A stretch of 64,000 bases of DNA from Octopus vulgaris (GCA_951406725.2 OX597825.1:61938001-62002000), one strand, 5' to 3'; positions 24,643 through 37,836 are shown, counted from the stretch's first letter. Numbers and translations: made by a program. The notes: generated from the sequence alone by a model not told the origin.

Positions 24643-24869
24643 TAATCTTCATCATTATTATTAGCTTATAATCCTTCTTCTGTAATCCCACTGATATGTG
24701 GAAATTTTTCCGTATTAAAATTAATAAAGATTTTTGGAATTTTACTCTGAGAGTATTTGAAGTGTAACAATCAAGTAATGTTTCTATATTCAATATGAGT
24801 AATTAGAAAGGTATTCTACCTTCTTAATCAACTTACAAATCGTTGTATAATACCATGAATATAAATGAT

Positions 24870-25076
24870 ATTACCTATTTCAAAACTAAACCACATAAGA
24901 CTGTTTATGGTTCTCTGATACAAAATTCTTGATTCAGAATTATTTAAATCAAAATGGTCCATCAAAATTTCAGACATAATAATGACAAAATTATTATACT
25001 AAATTTGTCATTATTTTCAAAATTAATTGAAACAAAGACAGCATATTTTAATAGTAATATAAAAGTAATGAAAGGG
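24870..25076 (-). mobile_element. piggyBac-type MITE, older copy
   Basis: Ends ...aatgaaaggg|TTAA; colinear with the reverse complement of 37454-37674. Confidence 0.6.
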
Positions 25077-25785
25077 TTAATTGCAAACGTATGACAAATT
25101 TTATTTCTCAATTAACCTGTTCCAATTTTCCTCTCTTCTTAACAACTTCAATTAAGTATTCTTTAATATGATATGAGTAAGTGTAGCACTCTGGAATTTC
25201 CTTTATATTGTTATTGTATTATAGTTTCCTGGTTAAACATTTTATAAGCTTTCTTACATTTACTTTTGATTGCATATTTAGCCAACCTCTTTGATAGATA
25301 TGAAGCCTACTCTAAGTTTCTGTCTACTATAATGGCCTAATGAAATTTAATGTTCTGTCACCTGTCTACTATCTCTCTTTCATTACTGTCTCAAATCTCT
25401 ATCCAAAGACATAACATTTGTTAAATTAACTGTGTTGCAGGAACAATGGATAAAGCTGTTTATATAATATTATACCTGAAGCTATACATACAATGGCACA
25501 TATATATTGTTTGTTAAAAGCTAATTTGATTAGTGCACAACATGGAAAGATTTCTACGAATATCAGATTGTCTTTAACAGATAATCAGCGCAGCTTTCTC
25601 TCTCTAATGTCTTAAGGATTTTCTTTGTCATTACTCTTAAAGATTTGAGAAGTACCAAATAACAAGACATATTTATTGTCTAATTTGATTTACATAGCTA
25701 TTTTCCTACATAGAATTAATAATTCTGGTGACTTGGTGAACTGGTTATGAAAAAGTAATCTCATCCAGGCAGAATATTAAATAAG

Positions 25786-25969
25786 GGGAAGAATTCACAA
25801 AAAAACAAAAACAAAAGATGAAGACAGGTGATGTAGACAACAAACGGATGTATTAGTTTAACGCTTGGGAAGTGAAAAAGTCTTTAACGTTTGGAGCCTA
25901 TGCTCTTCCACAGGAAGGAACACAGAAAGAAACAAGGAGAGAAAATAAAGAATGTGTAGTGGCTAGCGA

Positions 25970-26012
<43 letters not shown>

Positions 26013-26188
26013 AGAATACACAAAAAAAAAAACAAAAGGTGAAGATAGGAGGTGTAGACAACAAATTGATGTATTAGTTTAACGCTTGGGAAGTGAAAAA
26101 GTCTTTAACGTTTCGAGCCTACGCTCTTCCACAGAAAGGAACACAGAAAGAAACAAGGAGAGAAAATAAAGAAAGAAAATAAAGAATA
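25786..26188 (-). mobile_element. Tandem dimer of family F element (two HHR-like motifs, 221-nt period, (TA)n spacer)
   Basis: 25786-25972 and 26009-26188 are near-identical direct repeats. Confidence 0.8.
26103..26138 (-). ncRNA. Minimal type I hammerhead-like motif with variant core CUGUGGA
   Basis: cttt CTGTGGA a gagc gtag gctc GAAA cgtt aaag; partner copy at 25882-25917 has GAAA changed to CAAA. Confidence 0.6.
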
Positions 26189-26371
26189 TTAAATATATTC
26201 TTTAAATCCTTGCAAGGTATCATATTCAATAAGTGTACAAGATGAAAATACAATCATGCAAAATTTAACTACGTGATTTTTTGTTCACATTCAATTGCAT
26301 GCTATCTCATATAATTAATCATTTCCACTCAATTAAGCTTAAAAATCTAATTATGTTTTCCAGTAAAATAT

Positions 26372-26457
<86 letters not shown>

Positions 26458-26864
26458 CATATATATATGCATGATTGGAGCCAATGTCGATTTTATTGAC
26501 TAAATTTACTCTTTAGAATTTCAAGGTATTTCTATGTAATTTTGGTAAATATATCTGTTAAAATGAGATGTCAGTGTAATTTTAATTTTTGTGTGATTTA
26601 CTTGACAGTTTATTCACCACACCCTGTATATGTACACACACATACAAACACAGACTCTCTCATTTACAAATAAATTTTTAGTTCACAGAGGAATTAATAA
26701 CCTAGAAATTACCATGACTTTTTCCAATACACAAACCATATATTTTAGAGTTCCATTGCCATCACAGAGTACCAACCACATATATTTTGAAATGATGAAT
26801 ATTGTCACCAAAATACAACCAAATAAATATACATGAACAACTATATATATATTCTTTTTTTCTC

Positions 26865-27852
26865 TCTTATTTGTTTCAATAATTTGACTGTGGCCATGGT
26901 GGAGCACCACCTTTAGTCGAACAAATTGACCACCATGACTTATTCTTTGTGAACCTAGTACTTATTCTATCGCCCTCTTTTGCCAAACTGCTAAGTTATA
27001 GGGATGTTGACACACCAACATCAATTGTCAAGCAATGGTGGGGGTGGGGAGAAACACAGACATACAAACATACATAGCAAGACTTCCACCCGTCCCCACC
27101 AAAATAACCACCCTTTAAAAAAAGATTTTTTTTGACACAACCCCATCCCCCTTTTCGGCTACGGGGTATACAAATCTGCAAAAAAATTGGCAAAAATTGA
27201 CATTTCTAAATTATACCCCTATTTCCTTCATTTCTAACATTTTTCAGAATTGTTTTTGTCTAAAATATGTGGAAAATATGAGAACACCAGTGCATCAGAA
27301 TGGCCACAGTTCTGAGCTGAAACTACAGGAAAAAAAAAAAAAATTGGAGACTATGATTCTGAAAAAAAATTTCAAAAATTAAAAAAAAAATTTTTTTTAA
27401 GAATTTTTTTTCTTATAAATTTGTGGAAAAATTACGGACATTTTGGACAAAAATTTCAAGACATTTCTGTACTTACAGTTATGGTTTTAGGGTTAGTGTT
27501 GGGGAAAAAGTCAAAATTGAAGCAGTTGGTGGGGAAAGTGGGGGAAAATTTCACCATGCCAATTTTTTGCAATTTTCCAGAACCTCTGTAACGAAAACGA
27601 GGATTTTTGGCCAAAAATTCTTTAAATAAGCAAGTTTGGGAGAAAATGGGGGGGGAGAGGAAGTCATTCCACTTACACACACACATACTTATATATGATG
27701 GGCTGCTTTCAGTTTCCATTTACTAAATTTACTCACAGGGTTTTTATCAGCCTGAGGCTATAACTGAAGACATTAGCCCAAGGTGCCATGCAGTGGACTG
27801 AACCTGGAACCATGTGGTTGGTAAGCAAATTACTTACCACACTCTCACTCCT
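26865..27852 (-). mobile_element. SINE-A split by an insertion in its central microsatellite
   Basis: 3' half at 26865-27076, 5' half at 27674-27852. Confidence 0.85.
27077..27673. mobile_element. Unclassified element with long diverged terminal inverted repeats
   Basis: gacttcc (27081) / ggaagtc (27659); tgcaaaaaaattggca (27177) / tgccaattttttgca (27557); contains a LINE-type 3' tail at ~27288-27345. Confidence 0.55.
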
Positions 27853-27895
27853 ATATATAAACAGCTATATATATATATATATATGTACATATATC

Positions 27896-28190
27896 TTTTT
27901 TTTGTTCCTTCTTGATCCACGCCTGGTTCATAGGGCCAGTTTCCTTGGCGTATAGGTTCCCCACCTGGACAGGACACCAGTCTGTCGCAGGTGAGCTGCA
28001 AGATGCAGGAGGAAAGAGAGAAAGAAAGTTGTGGCAAAAGAGTCAGCAGAAGTTTGCCATTACCTTCTACTGGAGCCATGTGGAGCTTAGGTGTTTCGCT
28101 CATAAACACACACATCGCCCGGTCTGAGATTTGAACCTGTGATCCCTCGACCGTGAGTCCACTGCTCTAACCACTAGGCCATGTGCCTCC
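27896..28190 (-). mobile_element. SINE-C, full length
   Basis: Reverse copy of 3074-3375. Confidence 0.9.
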
Positions 28191-29299
28191 ACATATGTGT
28201 GTGTGCGTGTGTGTGTGTGTGTGTATGTATATATATATATGTATGTATGTATAGGTATATATATATACATATATATATACACATACACATACATATCTAT
28301 ATACATACATATATATGTGTATATATATATATTTCTGTGCATTTCTTCTTTTTCATTTGCTTGATTTAAAAATCCAGTTATATAAACTACATTCATATAG
28401 AACTCATGCACGGCTTCATAAATAAATTCTATCTCTGTTTTACATGTCACATTTATAGTTGGGTATTGGTATTTTTTTACATTAATTTTTTCCTCAGTTT
28501 ATTTCAATTTTTTTTCCCCCTCACAGCAATGTGTCGTCTGGATGGTTATTTTTTTCTTCTCACTTTTTATTACTTACATTTCCTTAGTTTTCAATTCCAT
28601 TCTCTTCCTCTTTCCTGTAAATACAATATGTTCTGGCTATTTCCGTTGCAGTTTGCTTACTAATATAATAAAAGATATATTTTCAATTTAAAGACATAGC
28701 AAGCTTCGTTAACTAATGTATAGCAGTGAGGCTTTCTCGTGGAGTGAAACACATATATGTTCTAAAGCAATTCTCATTGAACATTATACATTGTTTATTT
28801 TATGTAAGCATTCACAAGCAAAGAAGGTAAATGTAATGTTTTCTGTACAATTTGGCTGTTTCGACCATGACTATGGTAAAAAGTAATCTGTTCACTGGTA
28901 GAAAATGGTTTCTCTAGAATAAAAAAATAATAACAATAAAGTTAAAGAAACATATTTCCTCTGTTCATAGGTATTTTTCTTTTACCGTTTACATTTTGTT
29001 TTTTATTCTGGGCATCTAATGTACTCTGTTTTGTTAGGTGAAAGTATCTCGATGTTATAAACATGTGCATGACTATATTTGTAATGCAATGGAAAACACC
29101 ACAAATGTGTTTCAGTAATTTTTTGGAAATAATCAAGAGAGTTTGCAAGAGTTCATTAAAATAACAATTTCTATACTCTCTCTTTCTCTCTCACACACAC
29201 ACAAGCATTGATGCACACACATATTTATGTGTACATTGGGTTATGCTGGTCAAATGAGAAAGGGAAAACTGTTCAATAAATATCATAGAGGGTATCTGT

Positions 29300-29499
29300 T
29301 CTTTTTCTAATTGTTTCAGTCATTTCACTGTGACCATGCTGGAGCACCGCCTTTAGTCGAGCGAATTGACTCCAAGACTTATTCTTTGTAAGCCTAGTAT
29401 TTATTCTATCGTCCTCTTTTGCCGAACCACTAGGTTACGCGTATGTAAACACACCAGCATCGGTTGTCAAGTGATGTTGGGGGACAAACACACACACAG

Positions 29500-29560
<61 letters not shown>

Positions 29561-29739
29561 TATATATACGATGGGCTTCTTTCAGTTTCCATCTACAAAA
29601 TCCACTCACAAGGCTTTGGTAGGCCTGAGGCTAGAGTAGAAGACACTTGCTAAATGTGCCACAAAGTGGGACTGATGGACTGAATCCAGAACCATGTGGT
29701 TAGGAAGCTAGCTTCTTACTGCACAGCCATGCCTGCACC
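29300..29739 (-). mobile_element. SINE-A, full length
   Basis: ttgtttcagtcatttcactgtgaccatgctggagcaccgcc...cacagccatgcctgcacc. Confidence 0.9.
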
Positions 29740-29960
29740 TATGTATGTGTGTATACAGATATGTATGAATTATTCCTAATTACAGGTGTGTTGTAAAGAA
29801 CACTTGATTCTTGATATTAAATCCCTTTCCCCTTTAGAGTTGATATCAAATATCACTAAGTAATTTGTCTACCATATCGGGAAGTAGATAAATTTCAATA
29901 TAACAAGATATTTTTCTTGTAGCTAAGTTAATTATTCCTTATTCCTTATTCATCTATGAT

Positions 29961-30165
29961 GCAGTGCAGGTGGCACGTAAAAAACACCCACTACACTCGC
30001 GGAGTGGTTGGCGTTAGGAAGGGCATCCAGCCGTAGAAACACTGCCAGATCTGACTGGGCCTGACGAAGCCTTCCAGCTTCACAGACCCCAGTTGACCCG
30101 TCCAACCCATGCTAGCATGGAAAGCGGACGCTAAACGATGATGATGATGATGATGATGATGATGA
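29961..30165 (+). mobile_element. SINE-D 3' part
   Basis: gtgcaggtggcacgtaaaaaacacccactacac...gcatggaaagcggacgctaaac(gat)n. Confidence 0.85.
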
Positions 30166-30287
30166 AATATGTGCTGCTGGCCATTCCAAGCTATTTTTCT
30201 TCACTCAGCCCTGTCCCATGCACACACATACATACATGCACACATGCATGTGTTTGAGTGTGTATACATATTATAGAACATAAGATG

Positions 30288-30492
30288 GTGAGATGGCTGA
30301 AGCCTTACTCTGCCAGGAAAATGCTTAGCAGCATTTCATCTGTCTTTATGCTCTGATTTTGTATTCTGCTGTGGTAGACTTTGCCTTTCATTCTTTTGGG
30401 GAGTCAATGAACTAAGCACCAATTGATCACTAGGGGCAGTGCAATCGACTTACCTCTCCCCAAAACTGTTGGCCTTGTGCCAAAATTTAAAC
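30288..30492 (+). mobile_element. SINE-B, old diverged copy
   Basis: aaaatgcttagcagcatttcatctg...gactttgcctttcattc...aatcgactta. Confidence 0.7.
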
Positions 30493-31500
30493 CAGTATAG
30501 AAAGAAGATGGAAAAGTCACAGCATCATTTGTAGGACATAAATACCACTGGAAACCATGTAGCTTTGTTAACCACTACACAAAAACAACGTTGCAACCCT
30601 TAACCTCCAAAATTTGCATACTTAAATTTAGTACCTATGATGACATTCGAATGATTCACCAGTGGGTTGGGTGTCTGAGTTGACACAATATTCAACGAAT
30701 CATATTATATACATATATCTGATGTGGTAGTAAAAGATGAAAAGTAATTGTAACATTGCCTGCAGCATTTGAACACCACATCAGCTGTAAACTATACTAC
30801 AATGTTATTAGAATAATAAAGTTTGAATGAAGCATTTGTAATAGAATTGTTACTGCTGACTTTAATGTTTGTACAATAAAAATTGGAAATCAAGGGATCG
30901 TCACTTTAAAGAATACAAAACAACAGTTGATATGCCATCTTATAATTTGATATTTCGGTCTTAAGAGCACTTTATCAAGAGAAAATTCTGGGTGTGATGA
31001 GTTGGTAGCTTTCTATTATAACATGTGTGAAGGTTGTGTGACATATACAGACTGGTATTGTTCTAATACTCAATCTACTTCATGTAATTCATTTCTGTTG
31101 CTTGAATTGGTTCTGTTTATTAATGAGAATAGCTTCCTTGATCCTTAATGTAAAGACATCCATGCTGCCAATATGTTGTTTTGCATATGGCATCTCTTGA
31201 GTTTCTGAACTGATATGTTTATGAAAGATGTGTGTTGAGAGGGAGAAGGAAGGGAAGAAAGAGGAAATAGAAGAGAACAGGATAAAGTGTGTTTATGCTA
31301 CTCATTAGTAATAAAATGTATGATTTGATAAGTATTGTATGAGCATTTACATACGAGCACCTCATATACAAAATTTTGTACATGCAAACTTATGTACTTA
31401 ATTACTAGCATGCTTATGTGACACACATACACACACATCTTGATGTATGTATGTAGCATCATCATCATCATCAACAACAACAACATCACATATATATATC

Positions 31501-31735
31501 GTCATCATCATCATCATTTAACGCCCATTTTCCATCCAAGTGGGTTGGACGGTTTGACTGGGGTCTGGGAAGCCAGGAGGCTACACCAGGCTCCAGTCTG
31601 ATCTGGCAGTGTTTCTACAGCTGGATACCCTTCCTAACGCCAACCACTCCATGAGTGTAGTGGGTGCTTTTTATGTGTCACCAGCACAGGTGCCAGGGGA
31701 GGCTGGCAACTGTCACGATCGGTTGGTGCTTTTTA
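31501..31735 (-). mobile_element. SINE-D 3' part
   Basis: catcatcatttaacgccc...ggatacccttcctaacgccaaccactcc. Confidence 0.85.
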
Positions 31736-31871
31736 GAAGTATTATTAACATTATTAATGATAATAATAAGGTAGCTAGCAAGTTTACACCTTTGCAGGCA
31801 AAACATAAGCAAAATTTAGAATCAGTAGGATATTTAAATACCACTTGTTATAATCGGGGCCATCGCTCCAA

Positions 31872-32371
31872 ACCACCAATAACTCACTATTAGGATTCAA
31901 ATGGGCAATGCAATGAATGTAGGAGAAACAGGCTTACCTTGAGTGGAATACATAAGTAAAGAACCTATATTTCAATATAAATTGATTTCACCCCCTGTAT
32001 GACAAACATACTCTGGGATCGTCAGTTGAACATAACATTTTTAACACCTGTTTCTGAAATGTTCACCACATTATCTTGTGTGCGTTCTTTATAAAATATT
32101 TATGCTGGCTCATGATAGTTTCGTTTTAAAAGTCACTGGAGATGTTTAAAGTAAAGTACGCACATGAGGTAATGGGATGAATATTTCAGAAATAGATGCT
32201 AAAAATATTATTTTCAACTGCTAATCCCAGAGTATGTTTGTCATTCATAGGGTGAAATCAATTGATATTGAAATATACATTCCTTACTTATGTATTCCAT
32301 GCAAAGTAAGCCTGTTTCTCCTTCATTCATTGCATTACCCATGTGTATCTTAATAGTGAGTTACTGGTGGT
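31872..32371. repeat. 500-bp imperfect palindrome (fold-back element or long-TIR MITE)
   Basis: accaccaataactcactatta / taatagtgagttactggtggt; ggagaaacaggcttac / gtaagcctgtttctcc; atgacaaacatactctgggat / atcccagagtatgtttgtcat; arms meet near 32110-32130. Confidence 0.9.
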
Positions 32372-32692
32372 ACACTCATTCATACAAGCATCCACAAAGA
32401 TGTAAGCATATGCACATGTGTGGTTTGGCACACATACATTCACATAGTAAATTAAATATGTGAGTACAGATGGCAATCTATATTTACCAAAATGAGTTTG
32501 GCTGCCCCCAGAGTAGAGTATTTAATTTCTGCCAACCATATAGACCACATCGCAACCTATACTGACCATCCACCTCAAATTTTTACGTGGCACCATCAAA
32601 TGTGGTCACACCAATGTAAAAACTACTTCCACAAATATGCTGCTTCTCCACTAAATGACTACCAGCAACACTCCAGCTTACTGAGTGTGGTA

Positions 32693-33000
32693 TGTTTGTT
32701 TGTTCCTTCTCGAGCCATGCCTGGCTCATCAAGGCCAGTTTCCTGGTTTCCTTGGTGTATAGGTTCCCCATCTGGATGGGACGCCGGTCAGTCGCAGGTG
32801 AGCTGCAAGATGCAGGAGGAAAGAGTGAGAGAAAGTTGTGATGAAAGAGTCAGCAGAAGTTTCGCCATTACCTTCTGCTGGAGCCACGTGGAACTTAGGT
32901 GTTTCACTCATAAACACACACATCACCCGGTCTGAGATTCGAACTCGCGATCCCTCGACCACGAGGCCGCTACTCTAACCACTAGGCCATGTGCCTCCAC
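32693..33000 (-). mobile_element. SINE-C, full length, with TSD
   Basis: Reverse copy; agtgtggtat flanks both sides (32684-32693, 33005-33014). Confidence 0.9.
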
Positions 33001-33407
33001 ACCAAGTGTGGTATCAAATGCAATGAATTGATGTCACTGAATCCACTATGCTGCAGGCTGCAGGTTAAGTGGCAAACAGCTACCTGCTAACAACCCGGAC
33101 ATGCTAGGAAAAATGTACATTTCTTTCTTTTTAAATTCTCCCTTAAATCATACTGTAAATGATATGAAAAGTTGCAATCTTTTGATGGAAACAAGTTTAA
33201 TGTAATTGGAAGGACAAATCTCATCATTGAAGGAAGTACTTGCTACTTTGTACTAGAAAATTTTATTTTCTATGAAATATTTTATTCTGCCCTCAGGAAA
33301 ATCCCCATATCATCAAAATTTTAGTCACTTGTGTTTGAATTTAAAGGTAAATTTCCACCTTTAAATGTGTTTGCTATATGTTTTAATATGAAATTAAATA
33401 GTGCATA

Positions 33408-33567
33408 GGCGTAGGAGTGGCTGTGTGGTAAGTAGCTTGCTTACCAACCCCATGGTATCGGGTTCAGCCTCACTGCGTGGCACCTTGGGCAAGTGTCTTC
33501 TTCTATAGCCTTGGGCCAACCAAAGCCTTGTGAGTGGATTTGGTAGAAGAAAACTGAAAGAAGCCCG

Positions 33568-33613
<46 letters not shown>

Positions 33614-33838
33614 ATATATGTTTGTGTGTCTGTGTTTGTTGCCCCAACATCACTTGACAACTGATGCTGGTGTGTTTACGTCCCCGTAACTTAGCGGTTC
33701 AGCAAAAGAGACCGATAGAATAAGTACTAGGCTTACAAAGAATGAGTCCTGCGGTCGATTTGCTTGACTAAAAGGCGGTGCTCCAGCATTGCCACAGTCA
33801 AATGACTGAAACAAGTAAAAGGGTAAAGAATAAAGAGT
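33408..33838 (+). mobile_element. SINE-A, full length, with TSD tagtgcat
   Basis: ggcgtaggagtggctgtgtggtaag...aaatgactgaaacaagtaaaa. Confidence 0.9.
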
Positions 33839-34433
33839 AGTGCATTTGGCAAATTTTGCCGTATAGTGTTTCGTTATATATTCTTCTTAAGCTGTTCACA
33901 ATATGAGTTAAGTTGCACATGTAGACAGTGACCACACTAAAATTTAATTGACTAAAGTTTAATTGATCAAATATTTTATTGATCCATATCATTATAATTA
34001 CAAATGTACATCCAATAAATTAATCAAACAATATTCAATGAACATAGCAGTTGGGAATATTCTGAATAAAATTTAGTAGATAATATCATAAAAGTTATGT
34101 AAGCAATCTAAATCAATACATATAATTAATGTGTGTTACTCAACACTAGAAGTTAAGGTTGGGGCCGTCTGTCAAGTACGATACAAGCATGTTATATAAG
34201 AAAATTGAAAGAAAGTTTGAGAGACCAGCTTGCTGAAACAAGTGACATAACTTCCCCCCAGATAGCTAAATGACTCTCTGGCTTCAGGTTGAATTTGCCA
34301 GCTTTTATATCTGTAAGTCAGCTTCTAGAATTTCCAGCTAAAAACAGTTTGGTTGGAAAACTTGCTGCATAACTTTGAAGTTTGCTGTATAGGTCATAAT
34401 AAGCCAGTGATGACTGATCAAGCCATATTCACA

Positions 34434-34907
34434 AAGATGAAATATGGAAATAAGAATGAGGAGAATTAAGACAGCGAAGTGTTTTGGGGGACAGGACGAT
34501 GTATGGGAATAAGAATGTGAATTGAAAACGAGGATAAACAAATAGAAACGAATAATTATCTTAACAAAATTACGAGATAGGACTAAGATTAAAATTATAT
34601 TTGAGGGGACATTTTCAATGAAAAGCAAGCTGTTAGTAAATAATACATTTAAATTATTAGTGGCAAATGAAGTGCAAGGGAACGGAAAGAAAAATGAGAG
34701 AAAAAAATCTTAGCTTTTGGACATCGTTTGGCAGAGAAATGAATGTAAGGAACCACATGGAATCGAGGGGTTTTTTAATAGATAAGCTGCGACCGGAGGC
34801 GAGTTTAGTATGGGGACAGAGACGAAAATGGTAATGAGGTTGAACAGGCTGTGAGAAAGCAAGATGGAATATGGAAATAAGAATGAGGAGAATTAAGGAA
34901 GCGAAGT
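34434..34907. repeat. 427-bp unit bounded by 47-bp direct repeats
   Basis: aagatg(a/g)aatatggaaataagaatgaggagaattaag(ac/ga)agcgaagt at 34434-34480 and 34861-34907. Confidence 0.75.
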
Positions 34908-35387
34908 TTTATGGAAGTACATTAGTTCGTGGTTGTAGCATGGGAAAATCTGAGTTATGTTTCAAATCTCAGCTAAGTGCGTTGTTACACTTTCAAATTT
35001 GTCTATATGTACCAAATAAAATTGGAAAAGTTTTGTGGAAGTAGTTCTTGTACATGACTCCACCCATAATTGATATTTTGAAGTCTATGAATTCATTAAC
35101 CCTGTTATGCTGAATTCCAGGTATACTGGGAATCGCTTAAAGGTAATATCTACCAGGTTTCTTTCAAAGAGATAATGAACACTGCACATAAAAAAGAAGA
35201 TAAATTATTAAAAATAGACAACTGATCACATTTCAGCTTTGTAGCCCAATGCATTTCTGACTCATTGTTAATAGTGTCCTCTGCAACTATTGTTGACCTT
35301 TACATTTAATTGAAAAAAATCTGATTTTGCTATGAAACATGCATCTGATGAACCCAACATTGTCTGGTAAGTGAATATGGTCTAGAC

Positions 35388-35445
35388 CAGGGTTGGCCAG
35401 CCTGAGGCCGCAGACTCTTATCATGTGGCCCACATGATACTTCTG
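35388..35445 (+). mobile_element. hAT (Charlie/Buster-type) MITE left-end fragment
   Basis: cagggttggccagcctgaggccgc...gtggccc preceded by gtcTAgac (nnnTAnnn target). Confidence 0.45.
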
Positions 35446-35539
35446 GAAGTATTGTATTTACAGTTGAGGAAATCCTTGATGATATTTATTCTTTAGACAA
35501 AGAGTTTACCCTTATGCAGACAACAAGAATGATATAGTC

Positions 35540-35845
35540 GAGGAACATGGCCTAGTGCTTAGAGCAGCAGACTTGCGGTTGAAGGATCGCAGGTTCGAAT
35601 CTTAGACCGGGTGATGTGTGTGTTTATGATTGAAACACCTAAGCTCCACGCGGCTCCAGCAGAGGGTAATGCCGAACCTCTGCTGATTCTTTCACCACAA
35701 ATTTCTCTCACTCTTTCCTCCTGCATCTTGCAGCTCACTTGCAATGAACCGGCGTCCCATCGAGGTGGGGAACCTATACGCCAAGGAAACCGGGAAACCA
35801 GCCCTGATGAGCCAGACATGGCTTGAGAAGGAACAAACAAACAAA
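35540..35845 (+). mobile_element. SINE-C, full length, with TSD agaatgatat
   Basis: Boxes A and B plus (ACAA)n tail, as in 3074-3375. Confidence 0.9.
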
Positions 35846-37453
35846 ATGAGAATGATATGGACACTCAAACTGATGACAGTGATGAGAAAAGTAATAATTT
35901 GTGTGAATACAGTGGTTGAAAAATAGGCCTGTTATTGCAATTCCTCTAAAAAAATTTTTTTTTTTTTGTGATTCAGTCCTTTAGTCTACCTGCAATGAAC
36001 AAACATGATAGTTGAGAGAAAGGCTTACTATTGTTATTCTCCTGAATTTTTTGTGATTTTGTCCATCAGTTTTCCTGCAATAATTACTCTTCTACTGTAT
36101 ATGCAACTATTTATTGCTTTTGTTCAGAATCCTAAGTGGAGTGTAACATTATACAGAGTAGTCCAGGTCTGAGAGAGTTAAAGATGTAATTAATAAACTG
36201 TTGACTGAATGAATGAATAATTAAAGCTTCAAAAATCATTATGCTGCTCACAAGTTATTGTAGCCAACAGAATTTGTGACAATAAGTGATTTAGCAATTG
36301 ACTATATAACTACTAACAGATACACACAGCAAGGCATATTGCCCATCTTATGCTTTGCTGATAGTTTGAGCCAAATCCACATAAATCATAAATTAAGAAT
36401 TCCTGATCTTTGTCCAACATATAAAATGTTCTTGGACCAAAATTTTATAGCTTTCTAATTATTTTCCTTTATGAGATTGCCATTTAAATATATAAATTTA
36501 GTTATAATTTGCAACTAATAAATGAGAGTAATTAAAGACTCTAGTTGCTTTGAGAATGTGGTTACTATGAAGAAAACAGAAATATCCATGTTGGAAATTT
36601 GCTAGCTTTCTTTAAATGTTTTCTCATACAACTTTAAAAACTGAAAATTCCTTGCAACAGAATTATCATTTCTCACTCATAATTTTAGAGAAGATGATGG
36701 TACTACTAGATCCTGACAATTTCAAGGAACTGCAGTGTTTCAAATAGAGAAGTTCCATTGGAATTGCAATATCCAACATATATAATTTTTAAACATATCA
36801 GAGGTCTCCATTATCAGCAGTACACCTTGAAGCAATTAGGAAACTGAAGAAGAGTTCTTATAATGACTATGTCATTTGGTACCACACCTGCTTCACTCAC
36901 AAAACAGATATATCAATATGATTAGTATTTTCTGCTCTCATATAAAACAGGCAACCAATGTACTTCTATTCGAATAGATTTAATGATGTTGAAAAGAAAT
37001 AACATTCTGCAGAATCTTAAAATCAGTTGGAAAAAACTGATATTATTCTGTGCAAAAATTCAAACTTTTTAGAAATTAATAAGCAATGGATTTCTCCTTT
37101 AACTGTCAATTTAAATATGCTATTGAAAATATCAAACTCTGTCATTGGAGACTATTGAAGACTACAGCTGTCTTATGTAGAATTCTTGAATCTGCTACAG
37201 TTAAGGAATTGGCAAATGAATAACAGATGTATGTAACAAAGAAAATCTATGAAAAGATAGAACATGCTGGCTTAGAGAGGTAAATTGCTCATGTAACAAG
37301 ATTTGGTTGCATTGATCTTTTAAAAAAAAGACATGCTATGGTAAAACTATATATATTTCCTTTACTGGCTAAGGCTTGAGAAATGGGCAGTGTCACAGGT
37401 CTTTGTAGTGCCACTGACACTAGTGGGACTGATGCTGTTAACATAGTGTTTAA

Positions 37454-37674
37454 CCCTTTCATTTCTGTATTTAATTTGAGATGCTCTGTGTTTTTTCCAA
37501 TTATTTTAAATATAACAAAGAATTTACTAAAATAACATCGTTATCATTAAGCTAGTGTTAGGAACATAAATTGTGACTAAGGTTTAGTGGAAGATTTTAA
37601 TTCAAAACTTATGAATACCAGACATTTGTACTAAAGAGCCAGAGCCGGTTTCAGCTGGGTTGATAACGAACGGG
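37454..37674. mobile_element. piggyBac-type MITE (221 bp)
   Basis: TTAA|ccctttc ... gaacggg|TTAA: TTAA TSD and CCC/GGG termini. Confidence 0.85.
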
Positions 37675-37754
37675 TTAAACAGTTGCAAATTGATGATTTT
37701 GGTATGATATGAACAAGGAAGGAATTCCAGAACCAACATTGTGGAAAGGAAGAC

Positions 37755-37836
37755 AGGAAGGAAGGAAGGAAGGAAGGAAGGAAGGAAGGAAGGAAGGAAA
37801 GCAGGAAGGAAGGAATGAATGAATGAAGGAAGGAAA
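37755..37836. repeat. (GGAA)n microsatellite
   Basis: Seen directly. Confidence 0.95.

Noticed and set aside
36650-37400. Possible ancient transposase or exon sequence (also 1360-1830, 30570-31200, 47060-47570)
   Set aside because: No motif could be recognised in the parts I could read; a translated homology search would be needed
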